Assembly: GCA_014905635.1 (NCBI GenBank)
Contig: JABVCE010000003.1
Span: 62,001-126,000, forward strand
Direction of reading: 5' to 3'
DNA: 64,000 nt
DNA from: Scenedesmus sp. PABB004
Taxonomy: Eukaryota
Shown: one piece after another, positions 24,491-37,369 of the stretch
Layout of the letters: each line of letters begins with the position of its first letter
Numbering within the stretch: the first letter of the stretch is position 1
The notes under the pieces: generated by a model
What the model was told of the DNA's origin: nothing
Seen by the model: the letters and a program-made list of their open reading frames with translations, nothing else
Databases searched by the model: none
Translations under genes and position numbers: made by a program

Positions 24491-26909
24491 ATGGCGCCCA
24501 AGAAGAAGGAGGAGGTGCGCGCGTGGCGTCCGCGCACGCGCGGGTCGCGCCCGCGCCGCGCGCCGCGCGCTCGCCGCGGCCGGCGGGCGCGCCATCAGTC
24601 CCGCGCTGCCGCCGGCGCAGGTCAAGGAGCGCCCGCTGCTGGGCCGCTTCCGGTCCAACCTCAAGGTGTGCAGCCCCTGGCGCCCCCGCCGCGCCCAGTG
24701 CGGGCCTCCGCCGTCGGGCAGCGGCGGCGCAGCAGCAGCGCCGGCAACCGCAGCCGGCGCGGCGCCGCTAGGCGGCGGCAGCCCGGGGCGACGGCGCACA
24801 CACCGCGGGCGCCAGCATCAGCACCGGCGCCGGCGCCGGCACGCCGCGCGTGCAGCTGCGGCCGCCGCGCCCGCGCCCGTGCCCGACGTCGCGGCGGCCG
24901 ACCCGCCCCGCGCAGATGGGCATCGTGGGCCTGCCCAACGTCGGCAAGAGCACGCTGTTCAACGTGCTCACCAAGATGGGCATCCCAGCGGAGAACTTTC
25001 CGTTCTGCACCATCGAGCCCAACCAGGCGCGCGTGAACGTGCCGGACGAGCGCTTCAACTGGCTGTGCAGCACCTACAAGCCCAAGAGCAGCGTGCCGGC
25101 CTTCCTGGACATCTGTGACATCGCTGGCCTCGTCAAGTGAGGCGGCGGCGCCGCCACGCCGGTGCAGCGCGCGCCGGCGAGCCGCGCAGCGGGCGGCGAC
25201 GAGCCCGGCAGCGGGCGGCGGCGGGCGCCTGGCAGCGACGAGCCCAGCAGCGGGCGGCGGGCGGCGGGCGGCGGGCGGCGGGCGGCGGGCAGCGGGCGCG
25301 GCAGGGCGCGGCGGCCGCGGCGGCACGCCTGCCGCCGCGTGCCGCTGCCGACCCCGCGGCCTCGCCGCCGGCGGCGCGCAGGGGCGCCGCGCAGGGCGAG
25401 GGCCTGGGCAACGCGTTCCTGTCCCACATCAGCGCCGTGGACGGCATCTACCACGTCTGCCGCGCGTTTGACGACCCCGACGTCACGCACGTCGAGGACC
25501 GCGTCGACCCGACCGCCGACCTGGAGATCATCCACAGCGAGCTGCGGCTCAAGGACATCGAGCGCCTCGGCGGTGCGCCGCGCGCGGCGCGGGGGGGGGG
25601 GGGGGGGGGGGGGGCGCACCGCGGCGCGCGCGGCGCAGCGGGGCGGCCGGGGGGCGCGCAGGACGCCCGCCGCCGACGCTGACGGTGCGGCGCGGCGGGG
25701 GTGCGGCGGGGGCGCAGGCATCCAAGAGGGCTTCAAGAAGCACCGCGGCGCGGTGACCAAGGAAATCAAGGAGGAGCAGGACTGCGCGGACAAGGCGCGC
25801 CCGCGGCGTGCGGCGACGCCCAGCGCGCCGCGCCGCCCACGGCCCCGGCGCCGCCCGCGCGCCCGGCGCCCGGCGCCCGCCGACGCGCGCGCGCCCGCGC
25901 CCGCGCCCGCGCACGCGGCGCAGGTGCTGGCGTGGCTGCAGGGCGGCAGCGACGTGCGGCTGGGCGACTGGAGCGCGCGGGAGATTGAGATCCTCAACAC
26001 GTGGCAGCTGCTGACGGCCAAGCCGGTCGTGTACCTGGTCAACATGAGCGCCAAGGACTATGTGCGCAAGAAGAACAAGCACCTGCCCAAGATCTTTGAG
26101 TGGGTCTCCGCGCACGGCGGCGACCCGATCATCCCCTTCAGCGGCGCGTTCGAGAACGAGGTGCGCGCCGCCGCCGCGCCCGCACCCGCCCCGCCCGCCG
26201 CGCCACGCCCGCCGCGCCGACGCCCGCCCGGCTGCCCGGCTGCCCGCGCACCGCGCAGTACGCGGAGGTGGCGGAGGAGCAGCGCGAGGCGTGGGCCAAG
26301 GACCAGGGCGCGCCGAGCGCGCTGAACAAGATCATCACCACCGGCTTCAAGGCCATCCACCTCATCTACTTCTTCACGGCAGGCCCTGACGAGGTCAAGT
26401 GCTGGCAGATACGCAAGGGCAGCAAGGCGCCGCAGGTGCGGCGCAGGTGGCGGCGCGGCACGGCGTGGCGGGGGGCGTGGCGCGGCCGGCGCGCCTTGCG
26501 CCCGCTGCGCCGCAGACGCTGGCTGCCGCACGCGCGCGCGCGCTCACGCACGCGCCGCGCAGGCGGCGGGCACGATCCACACCGACTTTGAGCGCGGCTT
26601 CATCTGTGCCGAGGTGATGCACTACGACGAGCTGCACGAGCTCGGCAACGAGCACGCGGTCAAGGCGGCGGGCAAGTACCGGCAGGAGGGCAAGAACTAC
26701 ACCGTGCTCGACGGCGACGTCATCTTCTTCAAGTTCAACGTGAGCCAACGCGCCGCGCAGCGCCGCCCGCCCGCCCGCCCGCCCGCCCGCCGCCCGCCCC
26801 GCCGCCCGCCGCCCGCCGCGCCGCGCCGGCCCGCCCCCGAGCCGGCCCGGCCGCGCGCGCGCGGCGCCGCCCCGTGCGCGCGCAGGTGACGTCGTCGGGC
26901 AAGAAGTGA
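24491..26909 (+). CDS. OLA1: Obg-like ATPase YchF/OLA1
   Basis: [116 protein letters not shown]. Confidence 0.96.
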
Positions 26910-27399
26910 GGCGGGCGCGGGCGCGGCGGCGGCAGCTGCAGCCGGGGCGGCTGCTGCTGGGAGCGCGGCAGGCGCGGGGCGTGCTGCGTAACTCTGTCAT
27001 TTGTCGCACCGTGCGCCCCGCCGGCTCCCTCGGCCCCGCGCGCGCGGGCAGCGACTGTCCCAGCCTGCTCGCCGCCCGCGCTCGCTGCCCCGGACGGGTC
27101 GGGCCAGGGGCGGCCGTTACGCTCGCAAGCCGCGCGCCGCGCGCTCATCGAATCGGAGACACATGCCTGTGCAGCTCGCTGCGCTCAGAATACCCGTGCC
27201 CACACCGACAGCAGCTGTGCACGCCGCGCGCGCGTGTTCATTGCGCGGGCCCGCCGGCGCCGGCTGGGGCCGGCCGGCAGGGCGCCCGCCGCGTTGTTAT
27301 TGCTGACCGATCGCTTGACCGCGTGCGAGCCCGCCCTGCAAGCATCCTGCGAGCATCCTGCAAGCGCCAGACAGATTGACGAGATCCCCTCCGCCCCGC

Positions 27400-29855
27400 T
27401 CACGACGACCTGGCCAGGCGCGCGGCCGCGATGCGCGCCATCGTGCGCTCCGCGTTGGTGCCGGCGTAGCGCGTCGGCGCCATGGTGTCGGGGTTGACGA
27501 CGAGGCGGTCGTAGGGGCCGTACGCGGTGGAGCAGATGCACCCCGCGGCGCACGTGTAGGTCGGCGGCAGCGTGAGCGGGGCAAACGCGTCGGTGACGGT
27601 CGGCACCGCGCCGCAGCCGCTGCAGTCGGGCGCGGGCGCGCTGCCGCCGCGGGGGCTGGCGACGACGTAGCCGCTGGGGCACTCAACGCCAAAGATGTAG
27701 AACGCGTTGTCGGACCAGCGGGCACCTGCGGGCGCGGCACGGGGCGGCGCGGCGCAGCGTTGCGGCGCGACCGAGGGCGCGGCCGAGCGGGGCGGCCTCG
27801 CGGCACGCGCAGCGCGCGCGGCCGCCGGTGCTGGCGCGGCCGACGCGCGGCGCCGCCGCAGGGCCCCACCCGTGTCGACCATCTTGGTGTACGACTTTGC
27901 AAACGACTTGAGCCACCCGGCATTGCTGAGCGCGTACTCCACCATCTCTGCCTTCACGCCCGCGGACAGGCTGTCCACGCCCGCGCCCTGGGTGGTCTCG
28001 CCGATGACGCCGTCGGAGCGCGGGAAGTAAAAGGTCGGCGTGGGGTGGGGGCACGCCACCTTGAGCGCCGGGTCGAGCGGCGACTGCTTGGCGCAGCCGT
28101 CGTTGCTCCAGACGACGCCGTTGGTCACGCTCTCGGGCAGCGGCACGTCGCCGGAGCGCGCTGCGCGGGCGGCGCCGCGGGCGGCGGCTCAGGCTCGGGC
28201 GCGGCGGGCAGGCTCGGGCGCGGCGGGCAGGCCGCCCGTTCAGCGGCTGCGGCGGCGCGGGGCGCGCCCCAGGCCGGGGCGCGCGCGAGCGGCCGCACAC
28301 CCGACTTGAGCTCCTGGAAGGCCTGGCGGCGGAAGGGCTCGGACGTGTACATGCAGGCCGCCGCGCGCAGCTCAGCCTTGAACTGCTCGGGCGTCTCCGC
28401 GTCCACGGGCGGCAGCAGCTGGGGCTCGCCCATGCTGATTGTGGGCGCGACGAGCTCCTTGTACCTGCGGCGGCGGCGGCGGCGGCAGCGGCGGCGGCGG
28501 CGCGCCGCGGGCCGCGTCAGCGCAGCGCGCGCGGCGTGCAGCCGCCCGGCGCAGCGCGTCAGCCCCGGTGCACGCGGGGCGCCGCGCTCACCACTCGTTG
28601 TCCATGTTGAACATGTGCTGGTGCGGGCACGGCTTCGCCTTGAGCGCGCTGGGCTTGAGGGTGTTGAGGCTGGCGTGCTTCAGGCCGGGCAGCGGGTCGC
28701 AGAGCTCCACGCGCGTGCCCTTCATCTTCCTGCAAGGGCGCGCGCGCCGCGCCGTGCGCGCGAGGGGTGGGCGGGCGGGCGGGCGGGCGCAGCACGTCGG
28801 CGGCAGCCGCCCGCGGCGCGCGCGCCCAGCGCACTGCAGCCGGCGCGCGCGCGCGCGCGCCACGCACTGGATGCACGCCTTGGCAGCGACCAGCGAGTGG
28901 ATGCCCAGCAGCGCGATGGCGTCGCCGACTTCCAGGCCGCGGTCGGTGAAAAACTTGATGGTGTCGGCGGTCGGCAGGTCGTCGGCGGGCAGCTGGTCGG
29001 CCGGGTTGCAGCCAGTGGCGTCGAGGCGGCCGACGCGCAGCGGGGCCTTGGTGGTGAGGTCGATCGCGCCGAGGGCAAGGGGCATCGTGGCGCCGCAGAC
29101 GGCCAGCGCGTCTGGGGCCGGCGGCAGGGGCGCGGTCAGCGGGCGGGCGCGACGCCCCGCGCACAGCACGCGCCGCGCCGCGCGGGGGTCGGCCGGCGGC
29201 GCGCGGCCGCCGCTCACCGGCGGCGGAGCAGCCGTACTTGGCGGTGATGGTCGACACGAGCGCCGCGGTGCGCTTTGCGAACGAGTACTCGGCCGCGCCG
29301 TTCTCGGTGCGCTCCTGCTCCTCCGGGCAGAGCAGCAGCGAGGCGTCTGCGCGGCGGGCGTGGCGAGGGGCGTGAGGCGGCGAGGGGCGTGAGGCGGCGG
29401 CGCAGCGCGCGCAGCGGCGGCGGGCGAGGGCGCGCGCGCGCCGCCGCCGCAGCCGCCCACCCGCGCCGCCGCAGAGCGTGGGGTCCCAGCGCTCGTCCTG
29501 GGGGCCGTAGCCGAGGACCTCGGGCTGGCAGCCGTCGGAGGTCACGTCGATGCTCATCGCGTCTGCAGGCGGCACGGCGCGGGGCGGTCGGGGCGGTCGG
29601 GAGGGCGCGAGGCGGCGGGCGGGCGCGGGCGCGCGCACGCGCGGGCAGTTGTGAAAGCTCCCACGCACCGTGGAAGGTGGAGCGGAGCACGAAGTTGGCG
29701 ATGCGGCGCTCGGTGCGGGCGGCGGCGAGGCACGCGCTGCGCACGCCGGCCCAGTCGACGCCCCGCGGGTCGTAGACGGGCTCGGCGAGGCAGCCCACGG
29801 CGGCCAGGAGGACGGAGAGCGCGAGGCGCCAGGCGGAGCAGGCGTGGCGCGCCAT
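27400..29855 (-). CDS. Secreted heme peroxidase (non-animal peroxidase-catalase superfamily) with Cys-rich C-terminal extension
   Basis: Signal peptide. Distal motif VLRSTFH|DA, then GADASLLL, ADALAVCG, VGRLDA, LP, proximal motif AIALLGIHSL, FAKSYTKMV. Confidence 0.82.
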
Positions 29856-30686
29856 TGGGACGCGCAGGCGCGTTGCCGTCTGTCGCGGACCTGGTTTGAA
29901 TGCCCCGGGGCTTCAAGAAGACTGGGAGTCCGCACAGATGACAGGGGAGAAAGGTGTGGCGTTGTTGGCGTGGTGTGGGCGGCGGGGAGCCGGTTTGAGC
30001 GCGGGCGCCGGCGGGGGCTGGCGGGGTTCGGGGTCTGGCCGCCGTACTTTGGGCGCGGGTGTTTGACCGCGTTGCTGGCCGGGAGGGTGGCCCCCAGGCC
30101 CATGGGGAGATGGCGGAGACGCGCCGGGCGCTGCTGGGGCGCGCCTGCCGCCGACGCCGTCCGCGCTGCCGCCGCTCGCGCCGCGCGCTCGCTCGGCCGC
30201 ATCGTTTGGCAGGACAGTTGCATCTCGCGCGCGCTCGCGCGGCAGCGACGGCGGCAAGGAATACCGGTCGCGCGCGCGCCGCCGCCGCCGCCCGCGTCCC
30301 GACCGCCAGGGCCTGCAGGCTGGGCGCCGCGGGCGCAAAACAAACCGGCCAATCGCAGTGCTCCCCAACCCCTCGCGGCCGAGCCCCGCGCCAGCCACAG
30401 GCGGGGCGGCGCCGCCCGTTGCGCGGCGGCGCGGCCGGCGCGGCCGGCGCGGCCGGCGCGGCCGCGCCTCGCCGCCCCCCCGCGCGCGCGCGCGACGCAG
30501 CGCCCTTCCCTTGTTCGCGCACATTGTCCCGCTCCGCCGCCACCGCCGCCGCCCAGCCGGAAGAGCCACGAGCGACTCCCAATCCGCGCGCCCCCTGGCG
30601 CCCGTCAGCCACGCTCGTCCAGCCAGCCATGGGGCCCAGCCGCAACCAAACGCCCAGCGGCGCGCAGCGGCCCCGCCGGCAGCGGC

Positions 30687-33600
30687 TCAGGACTGCGTGG
30701 GGGCGCCGGCGGCGGGCGCGAGCGCGTCAGCAGGCCGGCGGCGGCTGCGGCGGCTGCCCCGCCTCCCAGCCCCCCCCGCCACCCAGCCCCCACCCCGCCC
30801 GCGCCCCGCTGGATGTGCGGGCTCACCATGCCCGGCATCCCCGGCACGCGCTGCTGCGCCTGGCTGAGCAGCTGGCGCAGCTGCGCCTGCTGGTCCTGCC
30901 CGCCCATGGGGAAGCCGCCCTGCTGCTGCGGCGACGGCGGCGGCGGCGCGTCGGCGAGGGGGGCATGCGCGCGGCGGGCAGGCGGGCACCGCGAGCGGCA
31001 GGCGGCCGCGCGAGCGCGCGGCTGCGCACCTGCTGGGGCATCCCGGGCCGCGGCGCGCCGGGCATGCCCGCAAAGCCCCCCGCGCCGCCGCCCTGCATGA
31101 ACTGCTGCTGCCCCGGCATGCCGGGCCGGCCGGCGAGGTTGGCCTGCAGCGCCGCCTGGTTCTGCGCGAGCTGCTGCGCGAGCATAAACTGCTGCTGCTG
31201 CTGCTGGCGCATCTGCTGCTGCGCCTGCGCCTGCTGCGCCTGCTGTGCCTGCTGCGCCTGCTGCTGCAGCAGGTACTGGAGGTTGGCCTGCTGCTGCGCC
31301 GGCGGCCGCGCGCCGCCCATGAGCTGCTGCTGCGCCTGCGCCTGCTGGCCAAACGCGGCCACCGCCGCGGCGCGCTGCTGCTGCTGCTGCTGCTGGAGCT
31401 GCTGCATCTGCTGCTGCTGCATCTGGTGCTGTTGCTGCTGCGCGTGCTGCTGCTGTGCAATCGCCTGGGCCTGCTGCATCAGGCCGGCGAGGTTCATCTG
31501 CTGCTGCTGCTGCTGCTGCTGCTGGGCCTGCTGCTGCATGCCCTGCGGCCGCGGCATGCCCGCCTGCGCCTGCTGCTGCTTGGCCTGGCCCAGCAGCACG
31601 GCCAGGGGGTTGGGCTGCATGCCGGGCGCGGAGGTGGGGAAGCCGCCGCTCACGGGCGGCCGCGCGCCCGCCTGGCCGGCGGGGCCGTTGGCGTAGGGCC
31701 GCACGCCGCCGGCGCCGCCCGGCGCGCCCGCGGCGGCCGACGCCAGCAGCTGCGCCAGCGGGTTGGGCGCGCCGGCGCCGCCGCCGGGCAGGCCCTTCAG
31801 CCCCGGCGCGCCGACCTGGCCGCCCGCCGCCGCCGCGGCCGCCATGGCCGCCGAGAGCGCGTTGGGCGCGCCCGGCGGCGCGCCGGGCTGCGCGCCGCCG
31901 CCAAAGCCCGTGCCAGGCGGCACGAGCGGCGCGGGCGCGCCGCCGCTCGACTTGGGCCCGCTGTCCCAGACGCCGAGGCCGGTGCCCCAGATGCCCGCGA
32001 GCGCGGAGGGCACCTTGGCGCCGCCGGCGCCCGCGCCGGCGCCGCCCAGCACCGAGTCAAAGCCGGCGCCGAGCGCGGGCGACAGCCCGCGCGCCTCCGG
32101 GCCCGCGGCGCCGCCGGGCTTTGCCGACGGCCCGCCGTCGCCGGCGTCGTCGAGCCCCAGCTCCAGCAGGCCCGCCAGCTTGGCCAGGTCCTCGTCGCCC
32201 TCGCCGCCCACGCCGCTGCCGCCGCGCTCGAGCCCCGCGCCGCCGCCCGGCGCGCGCAGCCCCGGCGCGCCGGGCGGCGGCGGCGGGGGCGGCGGCGGCG
32301 GCGGCGGCCAAAGCCCATGCCCGGCGGCGGCATCGGCGGCGGCGGGGGCTGGCCGCTGCCGGGGCCGGCGTGCTGCTGCGGGGCGGCCGGCTTCTTGAGG
32401 AAGGCCATGAGCTTCTTGGAGGCCTCGCTGTCCACGCGGCTCTCGCCCGGCGGCGCGCCCATGCCTGCGCGGCGCGGCGCGGGGCAGGCGCGCGGCGGCG
32501 TGGGCGCGCGGCGGGAGCGTGCGGCGCGCCCCGCGCGGCGGCGCTCACCTGGCGGCGGGCCCATGCCCGGCGGCGGGCGCTGCATGCCCGGCGGCGGCGG
32601 CGGCGGCTGGCCCATGTGGTGCTCCAGCTCGGCCATGGTCATGACGCCCTTGCCGCCGCCGCCGGCGCCGGGCTCGTGCGGCAGGCCGGGGCTGCTGCCG
32701 TGCGAGCCGCCCGCTGCGGCGGCCTTGAACTGGTCAAACGTGAGCTTGCGCCCCACGACCGACGGGTCGCCGCCCGACGGCGTGCCGGGCTGCCCGCGGC
32801 CGCCATCGCCGGGGGCGGGCGGGCCGTCGAAGAAGCCGCGCCCGCCGGCGGAGCCCTGGCGGCTGGGCGGCTTGCGCCCGCGCGGGCCGCCCTCGTCGTC
32901 GCTGTCGCTGCGCAGGAAGGCCAGGTCGTCCTCCTCCTTGCCCTGCTGCGAGGGGGCGGGGTGGGAGGAGAGAGGGATGGGGGTTCAGGAGGGCGGTGAG
33001 GGAGCGGGGCGGCCGCGGCGGGCGGCGAGCGCGCCGGTGCGCAACGCACACAGCCGCCGCCGCGCCGCTGCGGCGCCGCCGGGTCGCCGCGGCGGGCGCG
33101 CGGCGCGCACCTTGCTGGCCTGCTGCGCGCGCCACTGCGCCTGCATCTCCTGGCGCTCGCGCTCGATGTCCTTGGCCGTCATCGGCCCCGGCCGCCCCGT
33201 CGGCGCGGGCGGCAGCAGCGTGCGCGACGCGGTCACGCCCTCGCCGGCGGCCTGGCCGTCGCTCATCCACGCCGGGTCGCGCTCCCAGTGGCTGCCGCCG
33301 CCGCCGCCGCCGTAGCCGCCGCCGCCGCCGCCGCCCTCGCGCCGGCCCCACTCGCGGCCGCCGCCGCCGCCGCCGCCGCCGCCGCTGCCGCCGCCGCCCC
33401 ACTTGTCTTCATGGCCCATGCCCGGCGGCGGGCGGCGGGGCATGTCGTCCATGCTGCCCCGCGCGCTGCCCCAGCCCGCGGCGCCGCGCGGCCGCTCCTC
33501 CTCGCCCAGCGCCGGTCGGGCGGGCCCGGCGGCCCCCGGCCGCCCGCCGCGCCGCTCGGCCCCATGCCGCGCCAGCCGCGCTCCTCCGCGGTCGACGGGC

Positions 33601-34723
33601 TGCGCCAGCTGTCGCGCTCGGGCGTGGTGCCGGCGCGGGCGGCGGGCGGCTCGCCCCAGCGCCCGCCGCGGCGCGGCGGCTCCTCGGCGCCCGGGCGCCG
33701 GCCCTGCGCGCGCGCGGCGCACGCGGGCAGCAGGGTGAGCGGAGCGCGACTCGGCGCGGCACGGCGGGCGGGCGGGGCGAGCGCCGCGCCCGCCGCGCAC
33801 CGGCGTGGTGGGCCCGCTCCACCGGTCGCCCGGCGGCGTGGTGCCCTCGCCGCCGGGCGCCAGCTGGAGGTGCGCCGGATGTCCAGCCCCTCCGAGGGGC
33901 GCGGCGGGCCGAGCAGGTCGGCCGCGCGCGGCGGCGGCGGCAGCTCCTCGGGCAGCGAGCCGTCGCCCACCAGGCGGCTGCGGATAGGGCCGCCGAAGCC
34001 GCCGCCTGCGGGCGCGCGGGCGGGGGCGCGTCAGCCGTGCGGGCGCCGCGCGCGCGGCGGGGCGGGCGCGGCGGGGCGGGCGCTGCTGGCGCCGCTGCCG
34101 GCGCTGGCGCCGCCGCCACCGCTGCTGGAGCGATCGCCGCTGGCAGCCACGGGCGCGCGCAGCACCCGCCGCCGCTGCTGCTGCCGCTCCCGGCGCCGCT
34201 GGCGCTGCTCCTGGCGCTGCTCCTGGCGGGGCGCTGCTGCTGCTGCGCCGCGCACCCGGGCGGAGGAAGTCGAGCCGCCCGTAGCTCGGCGCCGCGCCCT
34301 TCTCCTTGCCCCACTCGGGCTTGGGCCCCGAGTCGAAGAACGTCAGCTCCTCCAGCTCCCTGCGCGGGCCGGGGAGCAGCAGCAGCAGCACCGCTCGATG
34401 ATCGCCCCCCCCGCCCGCGCGAGGCCGCCGCGGCGCGGCCCGCGTCGCCGCATTCCGGCGGCCCGCGACCCCGTGCGCACCTCAGGATGTTCATGTCGCA
34501 GCCCGCCGGCACGCGCGTGAGGCCGGGCTGGCGCCCAATCTCCAGCAGCGTCGCCCTGCGCGGCGGGGCGCGCAGGTGAGCCGCCGCCGCTCCAGCGCGG
34601 CGCTGGGCGGCCCCGCCAGCCCCACCAGCGCCGGCGCGCGCGCCCGGCGCGCCGGCGCGCCGGGAGAGGGCCGAGAGGCGCGAGGCCCGGCGCCCACCTC
34701 GAGTACTTGATGCGGGCCGCCAT
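30687..34723 (-). CDS. Large low-complexity (G/P/Q-rich) protein with N-terminal eIF4E-binding-type motif; 4E-T/GIGYF-like; contains apparent 1-nt frameshifts
   Basis: Spliced N-terminus MAARIKYSR|ATLLEIG (YxxxxLL), then PKPEW, ERDPAWM, MTAKDIERERQEMQAQWR, VMTMAELE and a long poly-Q C-terminus. Coding frame appears to switch at ~33860, ~33505 and ~32308. Confidence 0.6.
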
Positions 34724-35057
34724 GGCGCGCTCTGTCGCCCGATCAAAGGCCCCAAGCGCGATCACGCCCGCTCACGAGCGCGACGGCGGCCCCCTGCCGA
34801 CGCGGGCCAGTGCGCGCGCTCTGCCGCCGCTGCCAGGCGCCGAGACGCGCGGCCGCCGATCCCCGAGTGTGCGTGCAGCACGGCCCGCGCTCTGGGAGCG
34901 GCGCGCGCGCCGCAGGAGGGAGAACAAGCTGGGCGTGCAGCTGAAGCGCCGCGCGCGACTCTCTCTCTGCAGCGACGCACGCGGCGTGCGCGCTGCGCCG
35001 CAGCTCCGTCCAGTCTCGCAGCCGCCGACGTCGCCCCCGCGCACGCTCGCGGACGCC

Positions 35058-37369
35058 ATGCAGCAGCGCAGCCTGGCAGCCCCCCAGCGCCGCGCCCCGG
35101 CGGGCGGCGGGGCCGCGCCCCGCCTGCCCGCCCGGCCGGCGCGCGCCTCCACGCTCCGGCGCTCGACGGGCGCCAACGCGGGCCCAGGTGCGGGCGTCGG
35201 GGGGCGCGGGCAGCAGCATGCGCGCCCGCGGCGAGCCCTCACGCCCAATCGCGCGCCGCATTCAGGCGGCGAGCCCGTCGACGTGGCGCCGGTGGCGGTG
35301 CCCACGCCCGAGGCTGTCCAGGCGCTGCCGCCGGGCTACGAGCACTACCAGCAGCAGGCGCGCCGGCGCTGCTGCCGCCGCCGCTGCCGGCGGCGCCGCT
35401 GCCGCCGCGCCGCCGCTCAGCCGCGCCGCGCCGCCGCAGATGGCGCCCCCGCCGCGGCCGGAGTACTACGTCGCGCCGCCGCCGCTCTACCCGGCGCCGC
35501 CGGCGTACGCGGCGCCGCCCGCGGCGGCGGGCTCGGCCATCCCGTGGTGGGTCTGGATGGGCGCCGGCATCCTGGTGGCCAACGTGGCGCGCCTGGTGAG
35601 CGCGCGCGCGCGACTGGGGCGCGGGCCGCGCCGCGCCGCGGCCGCGTGCGCCGCGCGCATGCATGCAGGGGCTGGCGGGGCGCCCGTGCGCGCGCGCTGA
35701 GCCGCGGGCGCCGCCGCCGGCGGGCGTGCGTGTCGCAGGTGCAGGAGGTCATGAAGAAGGGCCCCCAGGCCATGATGGCGGAGATGGTGCGCCGCCGCGG
35801 CGGCGGCCGCCGCCGCCGCCGCCCTCTCCCCCGCGCCAAGCGCTGGCGGCCGCCGCCGCCATTCCCTCCCTCTCTCTCCCTCTGTCCTGTCCTCACGCCC
35901 TGCCCTCCCCGCCTCACGCCCTGCCCCCCCCCCCTGCCACCCCCAAGGCGATGAAGCAGATGATGAAGAGCATGGGCACACCCGGCGCGCCCGGCGCGCC
36001 AAAGTGAGCCCGCGCACGCGGCGGCGCAGAGCGCCGCGCGCCCGCGCGCCTCCCGCGCCCGCGCGTCCTGGGCGACGACCGACCTCCTCTCCCCGCCCTG
36101 CGCCGCGCGCGCGCAGCCCCTTTGCGGCGGCGGCCGCCGCGGGCGGCGCGGGCGGCGCGCCGCCGTTTGGGCCGTACGGCGCGGCCAACCCGTTCAGCCC
36201 CTCGTTCACGCCCCCGCGCCGGTGGACACCACCGCGACCGCGGTGCCGAGCACGCCCGGCGCGGCCGAGGCGCCGCGCGGCGACAAGTTTGCGGCGCGCG
36301 CCGGCAGCGGCGCGAGCAGCAGCGGCGCCGTGCCCGCCGCCGCGGCGGCGGCGGCTGCCACCGCCGCCGCGCCGGCCGCGGCCGAGCCGGCCGCGGCCAA
36401 CGGCGCGAGCAGCAGCAGCGGCGGCGCCGCCGCGCCCGCGGCGAGCAGCAGCGGCGGCGGCGGCATGGACGTGGTGGAGCCGGAGGTGAAGGAGCCGAGC
36501 AGCAGCGGCGGCGACGGCCCCAAGGCGGCGGGCTTCTTCACCGACGTCGGCGGCCCGAGCAGCAGCGGCGGCGCGCCCGGCGGCGGCGCGGGCGGCGGCG
36601 AGGGCCAGGACCCCGCCCAGATGACGGCGATGATGGAGAAGATGCTGCGCGACCCAAACATGCAGAAGGCGCGGCAGCGCGGCGGCGGCGCTGTGGCGGC
36701 GGCGGCGCTGCTGGGCCCGGCTGCTGCCGGCCGCCCTGCAGCGAAGAAGAAATGGCAGCGCAGCGCGCGCTCACCCCCCGCGGCCGCGCCTCGCCCCTTT
36801 CCTCCCATCCCACCCCCTCAGATGCTGTACCCCTACCTGCCTGAGCCGATGCGCAACCCCGACAGCATCGAGTGGATGCTGAACAACCCGGAGGTCCGCA
36901 AGCAGATGGAGGGCGTCTTCGCGCAGTCGGTGCGCCCCACCGCCGCCGCCGCCGCGACGGCCGCCGCCGCGCCTGCCGCCGCCGCGCCCGCCGCCGCCGC
37001 CGCGCGGGCGCGCCCGCCGCCGCCCTGACGGCCGCCGCCGCATGCGTCTTCCCCCCTCGCGCCGTCTCCCCGCAGGGCATGGGCATGTCGCCGGAGATGA
37101 TGTCGATGATGTCGCAGATGGACTTTAGCCAGGAGAAGGTGCAGGCGCAGTTCAGCGAGCTCGGGCTGAAGCCCGAGGACGTCATCCAGAAGGTCCTCGC
37201 CACGCCCGACCTCGCGGCGGGCTTCTCCAACCCCAAGGTCCAGCAGGCGATCTTTGACATCAGCCAGAACCCCATGAACATCACCAAGTACCAGGGCGAC
37301 CCGGAGATCATGAAGGTGCTCGAGAAGGTCACCGAGATCTTCGCGCCGCAGATGCAGGGCCAGAAGTGA
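35058..37369 (+). CDS. TIC40: Chloroplast inner-envelope translocon co-chaperone Tic40
   Basis: Transit peptide, TM IPWWVWMGAGILVANV, MEKMLRDPNMQK|MLYPYLPEPMRNPDSIEWML, STI1 domain FSNPKVQQAIFDISQNPMNITKYQGDPEIMKV. One apparent frameshift at 36211-36215. Confidence 0.9.

Noticed and set aside
30059..31696. Cys-rich, metallothionein-looking ORF on the + strand
   Set aside because: It is the antisense reading (TGC)n of the poly-Gln (CAG)n tail of the minus-strand gene.
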